DNA from: Planctomycetota bacterium
GTDB lineage: Bacteria; Planctomycetota; B15-G4
Length of the DNA: 64,000 nucleotides
Direction of reading: 5' to 3'
Assembly: GCA_965248575.1 (NCBI GenBank)
Contig: CBDFJQ010000002.1
Coordinates: 384,001-448,000, forward strand
Below the pieces are notes generated by a model. The model searched no databases. It had not been told where the DNA came from and saw only the letters and a list, made by a program, of their open reading frames with translations. Shown in pieces: positions 36,366-46,504 of this stretch (position 1 is the first letter of the stretch; every line of letters begins with the position of its first letter). The translations under genes and the position numbers were made by a program.

Positions 36366-38102
36366 ATGATTCTCGCCGACGCAGATCTTCGTTCGATCCA
36401 GGAAGCCCGCGACCTCATGCGGCGCAGCCGTAAGGCGTGGGATGTGTGGCGCAAGGCCGATCAGGCAACGGTGGATCGAGTCTGCGAAGCCATGGCCATG
36501 GCGGGCTCCCAGGCCAGCGAAATGCTCGCCAAGTTGGCCGTGGAGGAAAGCGGCTTCGGGAACGTGGCCGGCAAGTTCCAGAAGAACAAGTTCTGCACCG
36601 ACATGCTCTGGGACAGCTTGCGCGACCTCCAGACGGTGGGTGTCGTCCAGCGCGACGACGCTCGACGCTACTACCAGGTCGCTGAGCCCTATGGGCCCGT
36701 CCTGGCCATCGTGCCCATCACCAATCCCACCTCGACCGCGATGTTCAAATCGCTGATCTCGGTCAAGGCACGAAACAGCGTGGTGGTCAGCCCGCACCCG
36801 AGGGGTGTGCGCTGCATTGGAGAGTCCACCCGGATCATGGCCGAGGCGGCTGAGCGGGCTGGTGCTCCCAAGGACCTGATCCTCTGCATGACCGACCCGA
36901 CCCTTGAAGGCACTCACGAAGCCATGAAAGCCCGGGAAACCGCGCTGATCCTGGCGACCGGGGGCCCGGGCCTGGTGCGCGCTGCCTACAGTGCCGGCAA
37001 GCCCGCCTACGGTGTGGGCCCCGGCAATGCGCCGTCCTTCATCGAGCGCAGTGCGGATATCGAGCACGCCGTGCGGGCCATTGTCGGCAGCCAGATGTTC
37101 GACAACGCGACGATCTGTGCGAGTGAACAGTCCGTGGTCATCGACCGGCCCGTCGAGGCGGAGGTGCGCGACGCCTTCACGCGCAACAGCGGCCACTGGT
37201 GCACGCCGGCGGAGAAGGACCTGCTGCAGCGAATCGTCGTGCGCGGTCGGCGGGTCAATGCCGACATCGTGGGCCTCTTTCCGCACCAGATTGCCACCAT
37301 GGCGGGCTTCAGCGTGCCTGAGACCACGACGGTCCTGTTGGTGGACGAGGTGGGCGTCGGCTGGGACTACCCCCTGAGTGTCGAAAAGCTCTCGCCGATC
37401 CTGTCGGTCTACGTCGAGGATGGGTGGGTCGCTGGCTGCGATCGCTGCATCGAGATCCTCGACTTCGGAGGCCGGGGGCACACGCTGTCGATCCACTCCC
37501 GCAACGAGGACATCATTTGGTCCTTCGTGGCCGAGAAGCCGACACATCGCATCCTGGTCAACGCGCCGACGGCCCAGGGCGCCGTGGGCTTCGGGACGGG
37601 CCTCGTGCCCTCGATGACCCTTGGTTGTGGTGCTTTTGGCGGGAACATCACCAGCGATAACATCTCCGCCCACAACCTGCTGCTCACCAAGCATGTGGGG
37701 TACTGCTACGAGGGCTTCGTGGAGTCCTTCCCCGACTTCTCGAAGGGGCCGCCCACGGGATTCCATTTTTCGGCACTTCCGGCGGCCCCAGCTCCTGGCC
37801 CTCGGGCGTCGAGCTCATCCAGTGCCGTGGGCTCCTCCTCGCCGGTGTCCGCACCGCGGGGCCCCAGCCCGGCGCAGGCCAACCAGCTCGCCAGCAGTGC
37901 GCCCCTTGCCCACCCGGGCAACCCCACGCACCCACTTTCACCCTTTGCTTCCCAGGCCGGCGATGCCAACAGCCAGGCCGCCTCGGGGGGCGGAACCGTA
38001 GCCCCTGGCAACCCTCCGTCGGGTGGCACAGGGGCCAAGGGCAAGCCGCCCTATGAGGGTGGCGAGATTCCAGACTTCAGCAAACTACGTAACCGCACTT
38101 GA
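36366..38102 (+). CDS. BMC-associated CoA-acylating aldehyde dehydrogenase (EutE/PduP-like) with long C-terminal tail
   Basis: DLRSIQEAR, PITNPTST, SPHPR, ATGGPGLV, GVGPGN, catalytic ICASEQ, EKLSP, LGCGAFGGN. Confidence 0.92.
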   Translation: MILADADLRSIQEARDLMRRSRKAWDVWRKADQATVDRVCEAMAMAGSQASEMLAKLAVEESGFGNVAGKFQKNKFCTDMLWDSLRDLQTVGVVQRDDARRYYQVAEPYGPVLAIVPITNPTSTAMFKSLISVKARNSVVVSPHPRGVRCIGESTRIMAEAAERAGAPKDLILCMTDPTLEGTHEAMKARETALILATGGPGLVRAAYSAGKPAYGVGPGNAPSFIERSADIEHAVRAIVGSQMFDNATICASEQSVVIDRPVEAEVRDAFTRNSGHWCTPAEKDLLQRIVVRGRRVNADIVGLFPHQIATMAGFSVPETTTVLLVDEVGVGWDYPLSVEKLSPILSVYVEDGWVAGCDRCIEILDFGGRGHTLSIHSRNEDIIWSFVAEKPTHRILVNAPTAQGAVGFGTGLVPSMTLGCGAFGGNITSDNISAHNLLLTKHVGYCYEGFVESFPDFSKGPPTGFHFSALPAAPAPGPRASSSSSAVGSSSPVSAPRGPSPAQANQLASSAPLAHPGNPTHPLSPFASQAGDANSQAASGGGTVAPGNPPSGGTGAKGKPPYEGGEIPDFSKLRNRT

Positions 38103-38155
38103 ATCACCCCCGGACGGCCATCTGAGCCGCGACCGGACCCGGAGAGAATGAACAC

Positions 38156-38446
<291 letters not shown>

Positions 38447-38694
38447 GCCTCGGCAGCAGCATCCCTGCCGCCGACCGGCGGTGGGGAATGGCTGTGGCTC
38501 AGCACCCGGCTCACGCAAGAGCCGGCCGGGTGCTCTGCTCCTGCGCAGCCGCTCCGAACACGCTCCCAACCCGGGCTTCGACGACTTGCCGTACGGACGG
38601 CTCCCTGCTCGACGGGGGGGCGTGCGCAGGAAGTCACCGAGCCCGATTCGGAAGCGATCGATTACAGATACAGCACTGCTGAGGTCCCGTTCTC

Positions 38695-39324
38695 ATGGTC
38701 CAGCTTCGAACCTTCGCCTTTCTTGACAGCATGCAACCGCAGTTCGCCTCCTTCGTGGCGAGTACGGCCAAGGGCTTTCTGCCTGTCCGCGGGCAGGCAG
38801 CCCTCTATGTCGAGATTGCGCCTGGTATCGCCATCAACCGCGTGACCGACATCGCCCTGAAGGGCACCAGCGTGCGACCCGCCGTGCAGGTGGTGGAGCG
38901 CGCCTTCGGTCTGCTCGAGGTTCATGACGAGAGCCAGGCTGAAGTGATCGAAGCCGGTCGTCAGATCCTTGAGTTCCTCGAGGTGGAGGAGCACGACCGG
39001 CTTGCGCCACGCATCCTCACCAGCGAGATCATCACCGGGATCGATGACTACCAGTCGATGCTCATCAACCGGAATCGCTCGGGGATGATGCTCTTGGGCG
39101 GTGAGACGCTCTACATCCTGGAGGTCCATCCTGCGGCCTGGGCCGTCGTCGCCGCGAACGAGGCGGAGAAGGCTGCTGATATCAAGCTCATCAACATGCG
39201 GCCCTATGGTGCCTTCGGGCGCCTGCAGCTGGGTGGCAAGGAAGCCGACATCCGCGAAGCAGTGAACGCGATCGAGGCGGTCCTCGCGGACATTCCCGGC
39301 AAGCCCAACGAAGGGCGGGGCTAG
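38695..39324 (+). CDS. BMC trimeric shell protein, double-stacking permuted type (CsoS1D/CcmP-like)
   Basis: [53 protein letters not shown]. Confidence 0.9.
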   Translation: MVQLRTFAFLDSMQPQFASFVASTAKGFLPVRGQAALYVEIAPGIAINRVTDIALKGTSVRPAVQVVERAFGLLEVHDESQAEVIEAGRQILEFLEVEEHDRLAPRILTSEIITGIDDYQSMLINRNRSGMMLLGGETLYILEVHPAAWAVVAANEAEKAADIKLINMRPYGAFGRLQLGGKEADIREAVNAIEAVLADIPGKPNEGRG

Positions 39325-39329
39325 GACGC

Positions 39330-39623
39330 ATGTTCACTGGGGTCGTACGCGGCGAGATCTGGGCCACCCAACGTCATGAGACGTTGACGGGCTTCAAGCT
39401 GCTCCTGGTGGAGCCACATGAGGTGGCGAGCCGTCTCGAAGAGGGCCACAAGAAGCACGGACTCGTGGTGGCGGCTGATGCCGTAGATGCTGGCGTCGGT
39501 GACCGGGTGCTGGTGGCGTACGGCCGCGCAAGTCGCTCGGCTCTCGGCCGTGGACACGACATCGCCGTGGAAGCCGCCATCGTCGGAGTCGTCGACGATC
39601 ACGCCGGTGTGGAGTTGGCCTGA
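39330..39623 (+). CDS. BMC pentameric vertex protein (EutN/CcmL)
   Basis: GEIWATQRHETLTGFKLLLV...VAADAVDAGVGDRVLV...AAIVGVVD. Confidence 0.93.
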   Translation: MFTGVVRGEIWATQRHETLTGFKLLLVEPHEVASRLEEGHKKHGLVVAADAVDAGVGDRVLVAYGRASRSALGRGHDIAVEAAIVGVVDDHAGVELA

Positions 39624-39624
39624 G

Positions 39625-40002
39625 ATGCTCGTCGGACGTGTCGTCGGAAACGTTTGGGCCACCCAGAAGGATCCGAGCCTCGAGGGAGTGCGCATGCTGC
39701 TGGTGCGCCCCTTCACAGGAGCGGCGTCACGGGCGGCCAACGAGGCCAAGGGCAACGGCCCCAAGCAGAACGAGGCGCCGAGCCACGGCGACGAGGCCGA
39801 CGAGCTGGTCGTTGCAGGTGATCGGCTGGGTGCGGGCATCGGCGAAACGGTCCTGGTCTCCTTCGGTCGCGCAGCGCGAACGGTCCTTGGCAGCCAGGAC
39901 ATCGCATGGCAGGCGGCGGTGGTCGGGATCGTCGACAGCATCTCGCTGGATGACAGCGGGGTCTTCGAGCTGTCTGACGGCGGCGAGCGCGTGCCGCGAT
40001 GA
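39625..40002 (+). CDS. Second BMC pentamer (EutN/CcmL) with loop insertion
   Basis: MLVGRVVGNVWATQKDPSLEG...VAGDRLGAGIGETVLV...AAVVGIVD. Confidence 0.92.
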   Translation: MLVGRVVGNVWATQKDPSLEGVRMLLVRPFTGAASRAANEAKGNGPKQNEAPSHGDEADELVVAGDRLGAGIGETVLVSFGRAARTVLGSQDIAWQAAVVGIVDSISLDDSGVFELSDGGERVPR

Positions 40003-40574
40003 CCGCTCTGGTGGGAGGCAGCGGCCCGTGCGTCGGGTTGCTGGAGCTTGCCAGCATCGCCGTGGGCATTGAGACCACGGATGCCCTGAGCAAGGAGGCG
40101 GACATCCGTCTCGTCCAGACCCGGGCCGTCTCACCCGGCAAGTTCCTGATCCTCCTGACGGGCAGTGTTGAGGACGTCACCTCCGCCATGCGACGCGCCG
40201 TGGAGGTGGGGCAGGACTTCCTCATCGACCGACTGTTCATCCCCAACATCGAGCCCACCCTCTACGACTTGATCGTCGATGAGGGTTCGCCGCCCGCGAA
40301 CTTGGGCGCTGTGGGCCTGATCGAGACCTTGAGCGTGGCCTCGACCATTCGCGCTGCGGACATCGCCTCCAAGACCGCCTCGCTGACCCTCGTCTGCTTG
40401 CAGCTGGCGCGCGGGATCGGTGGCAAGTCGTGGGTTGCCTTTACCGGCGATGTCTCCGACGTGGAGGTGGCGGTGGCGGCAGGCGCGGCAGATGCCGAAG
40501 CGTCTGGACTGCTGGTCACGCGGGTGGTCATTCCGAGTCCGCACGCCAACTTGCTCGAGGTCCTGAGCCCATGA
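39999..40574 (+). CDS. BMC single-layer trimer (PduT-like)
   Basis: Two tandem BMC domains: GLLELASIAVG...SPGKF and GLIETLSVAS...GIGGK...VIPSPH. Confidence 0.9.
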   Translation: MTALVGGSGPCVGLLELASIAVGIETTDALSKEADIRLVQTRAVSPGKFLILLTGSVEDVTSAMRRAVEVGQDFLIDRLFIPNIEPTLYDLIVDEGSPPANLGAVGLIETLSVASTIRAADIASKTASLTLVCLQLARGIGGKSWVAFTGDVSDVEVAVAAGAADAEASGLLVTRVVIPSPHANLLEVLSP

Positions 40575-41014
40575 GCGGCATCAAGCGCCTGATCACGGAC
40601 CGGGACGTCCTCAGCGGCAAGGTCCTGTCGCCGATCCTGCTCGAGTCGGGCACCTTGCTGACACCTGCAGCGCGTGACCGCGCCGTGCAGAAGGGCTACG
40701 TGATCGTGGAGCGCGATGCGATCGCCGCGGCTCGGGGGACGCCGGTTGCAGCAACCGTTGCAGGCACGGGTCCCGCGGGCTCGGCTCCCTCGTCGTGCCA
40801 CGCGGGGGCTTCGCATTCATCCGGCTGTTCGTCGTGCAGCTCTCCGTCTTGCGGGGGCTGCAGCCGGAGCGCAGACGGCCTGACGTCGTTGCCCGACGGA
40901 TTGCACCTCGTGCGGGTCGAAGCTGGCCGGGTGATCAGCGCCCTGCCCGCCGCAGGCCCAGGCAGTCTTCAACCCGCTCGTTTTCCATCGGCGCACGGAG
41001 GCGCTGCACCATGA
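40571..41014 (+). CDS. BMC-locus protein: EutQ-N-terminus-like domain plus Cys cluster
   Basis: KRLITDRDV...TLLTPAARDRA..GYVI, then CH...CSSCSSPSCGGC. ATGA-coupled on both sides. Confidence 0.65.
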   Translation: MSGIKRLITDRDVLSGKVLSPILLESGTLLTPAARDRAVQKGYVIVERDAIAAARGTPVAATVAGTGPAGSAPSSCHAGASHSSGCSSCSSPSCGGCSRSADGLTSLPDGLHLVRVEAGRVISALPAAGPGSLQPARFPSAHGGAAP

Positions 41015-41523
41015 CGCGTCGCATCTTGACGGCAGAGGACATCCAGGCGATGGAGCCGGGCTCACGACTCGTGGTGGACGAGTCCATCACCCTGACCGGT
41101 GCCGCTCGCGACCTGGCGCGTCGCCGGGGCGTCGTGCTTGTGGAGCAGGGCGAGACCTCTGACGGCAGCCCTGTCTCCGGATCGGGTGAAGCTGGCTCGC
41201 CGACCGACAACACGACCCTCGATATCGTCTCCGAGGCGCTCGATGGTCCGCCCGGGCGCATCATCGTCACGGCAGTGGGTGTCAACAGGCCCGGCATCCT
41301 GTCGGAGGTGACGGCCGCCCTGGGCTCCCTGGGCGGCGACATCGTCGATGTGGGCCAGCTCATCAACGCCGGCTACTTCAACGCCATCCTCTTGGTGGAC
41401 ATCGCGCCGTCGGGGCAGAACTTCAGCGCCTTCCGCGCTGCCTTGCAGGCACTGAGCAAGCCTGCTGACTACGTCGTGACCACCATCGATGAGCGCGTCT
41501 TCCACGCGATGCACCGACTCTAG
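41011..41523 (+). CDS. ACT-domain protein (UPF0237/ACT_6) with N-terminal EutQ-N-like domain
   Basis: RILTAEDI...[14 protein letters not shown], then [17 protein letters not shown]...C-terminal VFHAMHRL typical of UPF0237. Confidence 0.85.
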   Translation: MTRRILTAEDIQAMEPGSRLVVDESITLTGAARDLARRRGVVLVEQGETSDGSPVSGSGEAGSPTDNTTLDIVSEALDGPPGRIIVTAVGVNRPGILSEVTAALGSLGGDIVDVGQLINAGYFNAILLVDIAPSGQNFSAFRAALQALSKPADYVVTTIDERVFHAMHRL

Positions 41524-41629
41524 GGCTGTTGGCCCATCTGCCGACGAACTGCCACCTGAGCAGCGCCGGCCCCTCGCTGGCCCACTCGTCGTACCTGTTG
41601 CCGAACCTCTTGCAGGACATGGATTCCCG

Positions 41630-42994
41630 ATGACGCTCGAAAGCCGCGAGATTCTCGAAACGCTGCGCATGATCCAGGTGGAACATCTGGACATCCGGAC
41701 GACCACCCTCGGCATCAACCTGCTCGACCTCGCAGGTGGGACCGCGGATGACGTCTCCCGCCGTGTCTACGAGCGGATCATGGAGCGGGCGGGCCGATTG
41801 GTGGAGACGGCTGCCTCCGTCGAGAACGAATTCGGCATTCCCATCGTGAACAAGCGCATCGCGGTCACGCCCATCGCGCTCGTGGCTGGCGCCTGCTCCG
41901 ACGACGACTACACACCCATTGCGAAGGCATTGGACAAGGCCGCCGAGGACTGCGGTGTGGATTTTGTGGGAGGTTACTCCGCTCTCGTGCACAAGGGCAT
42001 CACCCGGGCCGACCGCAACCTGATGCAGTCCATTCCCACCGCTCTCGCCTCCACGGCCCACGTCTGCTCCAGCGTGAACCTGGGCACGACGCGCGCCGGG
42101 ATCAACATGGATGCGGTGCTCTACATGGCGCGCATCATCAAGGACACCGCTGAGCGGACGGCTTCAGACGGGGCCCTCGGGTGCGCCAAGCTGGTGGTCT
42201 TCTGCAACATGGTGGAGGACAACCCCTTCGTGGCGGGCGCGAACCTCGGCGTAGGTGAAGCCGACACGGTGTTGCATGCGGGCGTCAGCGGACCTGGCGT
42301 CGTGTTGCACGCCCTGAATCAGCTCTCCACCCGCGCGGACATGATGCAGGTGGCAGAGGTCGTGAAGCGCACGGCCTTCAAGATCACCCGCATGGGCGAG
42401 CTTGTGGGGCGCGAAGTGGCTCGGCGCATGGGCGTCCCCTTTGGCATCATCGACCTGAGCCTGGCGCCGACACCTGCCATGGGCGACAGCATCGCCGATG
42501 TGCTCGAGGTGATGGGACTGGAGCGCACAGGGGCGCACGGCACAACCCTCGCGTTGGCGCTGCTGACGGATGCCGTCAAGAAGGGTGGCGTCATGGCCGC
42601 TGCACACGTCGGTGGCATGTCCGGTGCATTCATCCCCATCAGCGAGGACATGGGCATGGTGCATGCCGTCCAGGCTGGAACCCTCACCTTGGACAAGATG
42701 GAAGCCATGACGTCCGTCTGTTCCGTGGGCCTCGACATGATCGGAGTGCCCGGGGACGTCTCGGTGGAGGTGATCGCTGGCATCATCGCGGACGAGCTGG
42801 CGATCGGCATGGTCAACAACAAGACCACGGCCGTGCGCATCCTGCCCGTTCCCGGTGCGAAGGAGGGGGACGTCGTCGAGCTGGGCGGTCTGCTCGGCAC
42901 GGTGCCCATCATGCCGGTGCATCGGGAGAGCCCGAGCGTGCTCATGCACCGCGGGGGTCAAGTGCCTCCGCCGCTGCACTCCTTGCGTAACTGA
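41630..42994 (+). CDS. DUF711/UPF0210 'PFL family' protein
   Basis: [72 protein letters not shown]-terminus. Confidence 0.92.
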   Translation: MTLESREILETLRMIQVEHLDIRTTTLGINLLDLAGGTADDVSRRVYERIMERAGRLVETAASVENEFGIPIVNKRIAVTPIALVAGACSDDDYTPIAKALDKAAEDCGVDFVGGYSALVHKGITRADRNLMQSIPTALASTAHVCSSVNLGTTRAGINMDAVLYMARIIKDTAERTASDGALGCAKLVVFCNMVEDNPFVAGANLGVGEADTVLHAGVSGPGVVLHALNQLSTRADMMQVAEVVKRTAFKITRMGELVGREVARRMGVPFGIIDLSLAPTPAMGDSIADVLEVMGLERTGAHGTTLALALLTDAVKKGGVMAAAHVGGMSGAFIPISEDMGMVHAVQAGTLTLDKMEAMTSVCSVGLDMIGVPGDVSVEVIAGIIADELAIGMVNNKTTAVRILPVPGAKEGDVVELGGLLGTVPIMPVHRESPSVLMHRGGQVPPPLHSLRN

Positions 42995-43008
42995 GGTCGT
43001 TCGGACTG

Positions 43009-44133
43009 CTACTGGCCTGGAGCCAGCACCGTCGACTCCTGGATCCAGATCTCGTCGAACGCACCCGGGCGCAGCGTGAGCTCCATCGACCAGTCACCGC
43101 CGGCGTTGACGGCTTCGTAGATGTCATGGCTGACCCGGAACCAACGCATGTCGTTGGGTTCCCACCACGAAGCGATCCCCACCTGATAGCGACGCTCGCT
43201 CTTCTGCTTGTAGGTGTGGGTGTCCACGATGGGGGCGCGGCGAACTTCCTGCGAGCCCTCGTCAAGTAGGCCGTTCAGGAGGTACGCGCCACCCGTCGTC
43301 GCCAGAGGGCAAGAGAAGAGTGCGAGCAGCGTGAGCGGCACGAAGAGTCTCGCCGGAGCCGTCCGCCTGGCAATGAGGTGCATGAGTCCGAACAGCAGGA
43401 AAGGCCAGAGCACCAGGCCTACGCCCAGGTTCATCCAGAGAAAGCGGTCACCCGCTAGCAGCGGAACAAGCTTGGAGGCGGTGAGCAAGGCGCCAGCGCC
43501 CAGTACGAAGAGCCCGATGGTCAGGCACCAGGCGATCACCTTTGCAGAGTCATGCGCCGGTTCCGGCCGCACTTCGTGGGACTTCGCGAAGAGCGTCAGC
43601 CGTTCGCCCAGCTCGGAGAGCTGTCTCAGCAATCCCAGGATCTGATCGAGCTCTGGCTCCTTGCCCAGAGCTGCCCGGGCGCCCAGGAGTTTGATGCGAC
43701 CGTCTTCGAGCGCAAGCGAGCTGCCCGGGCCGCTCAAGAGCGAGCGAATCGTGCGACGCACGTCGGCATTGGTGATCAGCTGGGACGTCACTTCCAGGTC
43801 CCGGGTCTGGACGCACATGTCCTTGTCGAAGCGCGGGTCCCGAGAGGGCAACGGCAGGGAGGGGAGCAAGGAGCCCAGCCAACGATCCCAGGGTGTGGAG
43901 CGCGTGATGCGGAAGCGCCCCACGTCTGTACAAACCACGGACAGGACGAAGCGTTGAGACTGGTCAGCCAGGCGAACCCGGATGTCCATGCCTTCGATGA
44001 CACCGTGGAAGGCATTCTTCAGCAACGACCCACCACACAGTGCGGAGAGCGCCTCGAACAGTGCGCGATCCCCTGGCTTGAAGCGCTTGGCCTTGCTGAG
44101 CCTGGCTGCCGTGTTGCCTACGGGGAAGCTCAT
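43009..44133 (-). CDS. Hypothetical membrane protein
   Basis: Long ORF, ATGA-coupled to the Arc gene, three hydrophobic segments. Confidence 0.65.
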   Translation of the reverse strand: MSFPVGNTAARLSKAKRFKPGDRALFEALSALCGGSLLKNAFHGVIEGMDIRVRLADQSQRFVLSVVCTDVGRFRITRSTPWDRWLGSLLPSLPLPSRDPRFDKDMCVQTRDLEVTSQLITNADVRRTIRSLLSGPGSSLALEDGRIKLLGARAALGKEPELDQILGLLRQLSELGERLTLFAKSHEVRPEPAHDSAKVIAWCLTIGLFVLGAGALLTASKLVPLLAGDRFLWMNLGVGLVLWPFLLFGLMHLIARRTAPARLFVPLTLLALFSCPLATTGGAYLLNGLLDEGSQEVRRAPIVDTHTYKQKSERRYQVGIASWWEPNDMRWFRVSHDIYEAVNAGGDWSMELTLRPGAFDEIWIQESTVLAPGQ

Positions 44134-44378
44134 GGCGCGTCCTCTTCTGGGTCTTCTTTGGTGGGGCGCGCCGAGGGCGCGGGGCCACCCTTCTCAGGGC
44201 CTCCCTTGCGCTTGCGAAGCGCATCCCGCAGCAGGAATTCGAGGTGGCCGTTGAGGCTCCGGAACTCCTGGCTGGCCCAGCCCTTGAGCTCGTCGAGGAG
44301 TTCCGGTGGGAGGCGCAACAAGAAGGGCTTCCGTTGGCCCTTGGCCGCCTTCGGTGGCGTGTTTTCGTCGGAAGGCAC
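44130..44378 (-). CDS. Arc-family ribbon-helix-helix DNA-binding protein
   Basis: RKPFLLRLPPELLDELKGWASQEFRSLNGHLEFLLRDAL. Confidence 0.88.
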   Translation of the reverse strand: MPSDENTPPKAAKGQRKPFLLRLPPELLDELKGWASQEFRSLNGHLEFLLRDALRKRKGGPEKGGPAPSARPTKEDPEEDAP

Positions 44379-44383
44379 CTGTC

Positions 44384-45277
44384 TTAGGTGTAGAGGCTGC
44401 CCGTGTTGATCACGGGTTGCGGCGGGGCGCCGCCGCAGAGCACGACAAGCAGGTTGCCCACGAGCGTCGCGCGCCGTTCAACGTCGAGCTCGACAACGTT
44501 CTTTTCTGCGAGCTGGCTGAGCGCATCGTCCACCATTCCGACAGCGCCCTCGACGATCTTCTTGCGTGCCGCAATGATCGCGTCCGCTTGCTGGCGTTGC
44601 AGCATGGCCGACGCGATTTCCGGCGCATAGGCCAGGTGACTGATGCGGGCATCGATGACTTGGATGCCGGCACGATTCAGGCGTGCTTGCAGTTCTTGGC
44701 CCAGCTCTTCGGTCACCTTGTCTGTGTCCGTGCGCAAGGAGACGATCCCTGACCCTGCGTCAGAGTTGTCATCGTAGGGGTGGCTCTTGGCGAGCTGGCG
44801 CACAGCCGTCTCGATCTGGACGTCGACGTACTGGAAGTAGTCCTCGACGTCGAACTGCGCTTGGGCCGTGTCGCTAACCTGCCAGACAACCACGGCTCCG
44901 ATCTCGATCGGGCTGCCGGACAGGTCATTCACCTTGACCCGTTCGCTCGACAGGTTGTGGGCGCGCAGTGAGATCTTGTTCTTGATGGTGAACGGGTTCA
45001 CCCAGAAGAAGCCCTCGTTGCGCACCGTGCCACGGTACTTGCCGAAGAGCACGAGCACGCGCGACATGTTGGGGTTGACGACAAAGAAGCCGCAGAGCGT
45101 GATGATCGTGCCGATGACGGAGAGCACCATCCCGATGATGAAGGCGGGTGGTGGCGCGTGCTCCATCTGGACGCCGTACCAGATGCAGAGAGGCCAGTAG
45201 GCGAAGATCATCAGCAGTGGCATCCACCCTTGCTTGGCGATGACGGTGGTTTCCTTGGACGGGCTGCGATCAGTCAT
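44384..45277 (-). CDS. SPFH/band-7 domain membrane protein
   Basis: Two N-terminal TMs, [44 protein letters not shown]. Confidence 0.92.
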   Translation of the reverse strand: MTDRSPSKETTVIAKQGWMPLLMIFAYWPLCIWYGVQMEHAPPPAFIIGMVLSVIGTIITLCGFFVVNPNMSRVLVLFGKYRGTVRNEGFFWVNPFTIKNKISLRAHNLSSERVKVNDLSGSPIEIGAVVVWQVSDTAQAQFDVEDYFQYVDVQIETAVRQLAKSHPYDDNSDAGSGIVSLRTDTDKVTEELGQELQARLNRAGIQVIDARISHLAYAPEIASAMLQRQQADAIIAARKKIVEGAVGMVDDALSQLAEKNVVELDVERRATLVGNLLVVLCGGAPPQPVINTGSLYT

Positions 45278-45303
45278 GGGAGGTCTCCGTTTGAGGCGAT
45301 TGC

Positions 45304-45327
45304 TATCGAAGTGATATCACTTTGATA
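45304..45327. promoter_or_regulatory. Palindromic operator upstream of the SPFH-Arc operon
   Basis: TATCGAAGTGATATCACTTTGATA, a 24-bp dyad with one mismatch; AT-rich island 27 nt upstream of the ATG. Confidence 0.75.
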
Positions 45328-45619
45328 TTCCCTGTCCAGGCCTTTCATCCTGCCGACGCCGTGTGCCACGCCCGTACTGCCCCGCATTCAGCCCTGAGTC
45401 GCGAATTTGCGGTAGAACGGGCCATATCGGCGACGTCTTCGGGAATCGGCGTCCATCCGGTGACCGGCCGCCGTTTGCAGAAGCGCGCCTGCCCCGGCGG
45501 CAGAGACAGAGGGCATTCGCCGTGCTTGATCCATCCCCGAACCGAGGCCATCGTGATTCTCCCGGCACCCAGCCTCGGGTGGCTCCGCTCTCCCTCGTCC
45601 GTCCAGACGACCCTTCGCC

Positions 45620-46504
45620 ATGTCCGCTTCGAGCCTTCACTCAGCCCACGGGGCATCCCGGCGGGACTCTCAGCTGGGCGTCTGTTCCTGGTCGCTCCAG
45701 CCCGAGTCCGTGGACGACCTGCTGCGCAAGGTCGGGGCCACGGGGCTCGGTGCTGTCCAGCTGGAGCTGGAACCCCTCCGGTCAGGTGCCTGGGACCTGG
45801 CAACGACCCGGGAGCGCCTCATGGGCGCTCGGGTGCAAACCCTCTCCGGCATGCTCTCCATGGCTGGGGAAGACTACTCCAGTTTGGAGAGCATCCGGGT
45901 CACCGGTGGTGTGCGCTGTGATGCCACCTGGGAGACCAACCGGGCTGCTGCGGCTGACTGTGCTCGCATCGCTCGCGAACTGGACCTGGACCTCGTGAGT
46001 TTCCACGCGGGCTTCCTGCCGCACGATCCGCAGGACGCGGAGTCGGCCGTGCTCTTGAGCCGAGTGGGCGAGGTCGTGGATGCCTTCGCTGACGAAGGCG
46101 TGCACGTCGCCTTGGAAACAGGGCAGGAATCGGCAGAAGTCCTTTCGGAGTTCCTGCTTCGGCTCGACCGCCCAACGGTTGGCGTGAACTTCGACCCAGC
46201 CAACATGCTGCTCTACGGCATGGGTGACCCGGTGCAGGCACTCGAACACCTGGCGGTCTTCGTACGGCAGGTGCATCTCAAGGATGCCAGACGGTCCGAG
46301 CTGCCCGAGCAGTGGGGCCAGGAGGTGCCGTTGGGAGCAGGTGAAGTGGATTGGCCGGCCTTCTTTGCTGTGTTGCAGGCGCGGTTGCCCTCCGTGAACC
46401 TGCTCATCGAGCGCGAGGCAGGTGACGACCGGGTTGCCGATGTCTGCACGGCTCGCGACGTTGCCTTGCGCCACGGGGGCCTCGCGCCCCGGGTGTCCCC
46501 ATGA
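45620..46504 (+). CDS. Sugar phosphate isomerase/epimerase (AP_endonuc_2 TIM barrel)
   Basis: LETGQE, NFDPANM, QVHLKDA, IERE metal-ligand pattern. Confidence 0.88.
   Translation: MSASSLHSAHGASRRDSQLGVCSWSLQPESVDDLLRKVGATGLGAVQLELEPLRSGAWDLATTRERLMGARVQTLSGMLSMAGEDYSSLESIRVTGGVRCDATWETNRAAAADCARIARELDLDLVSFHAGFLPHDPQDAESAVLLSRVGEVVDAFADEGVHVALETGQESAEVLSEFLLRLDRPTVGVNFDPANMLLYGMGDPVQALEHLAVFVRQVHLKDARRSELPEQWGQEVPLGAGEVDWPAFFAVLQARLPSVNLLIEREAGDDRVADVCTARDVALRHGGLAPRVSP

Noticed and set aside
42975..42994. Shared LRN ending of DUF711 (HSLRN) and AldDH (SKLRNRT) as a targeting signal
   Set aside because: The DUF711 C-terminus is conserved family-wide, including outside BMC loci, so the match is likely coincidence.
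41630..42994. Calling the BMC a glycyl-radical (GRM) type because DUF711 is labelled 'PFL family'
   Set aside because: No C-terminal RVxG glycyl-radical motif and no radical-SAM activase. The similarity is at fold level only.
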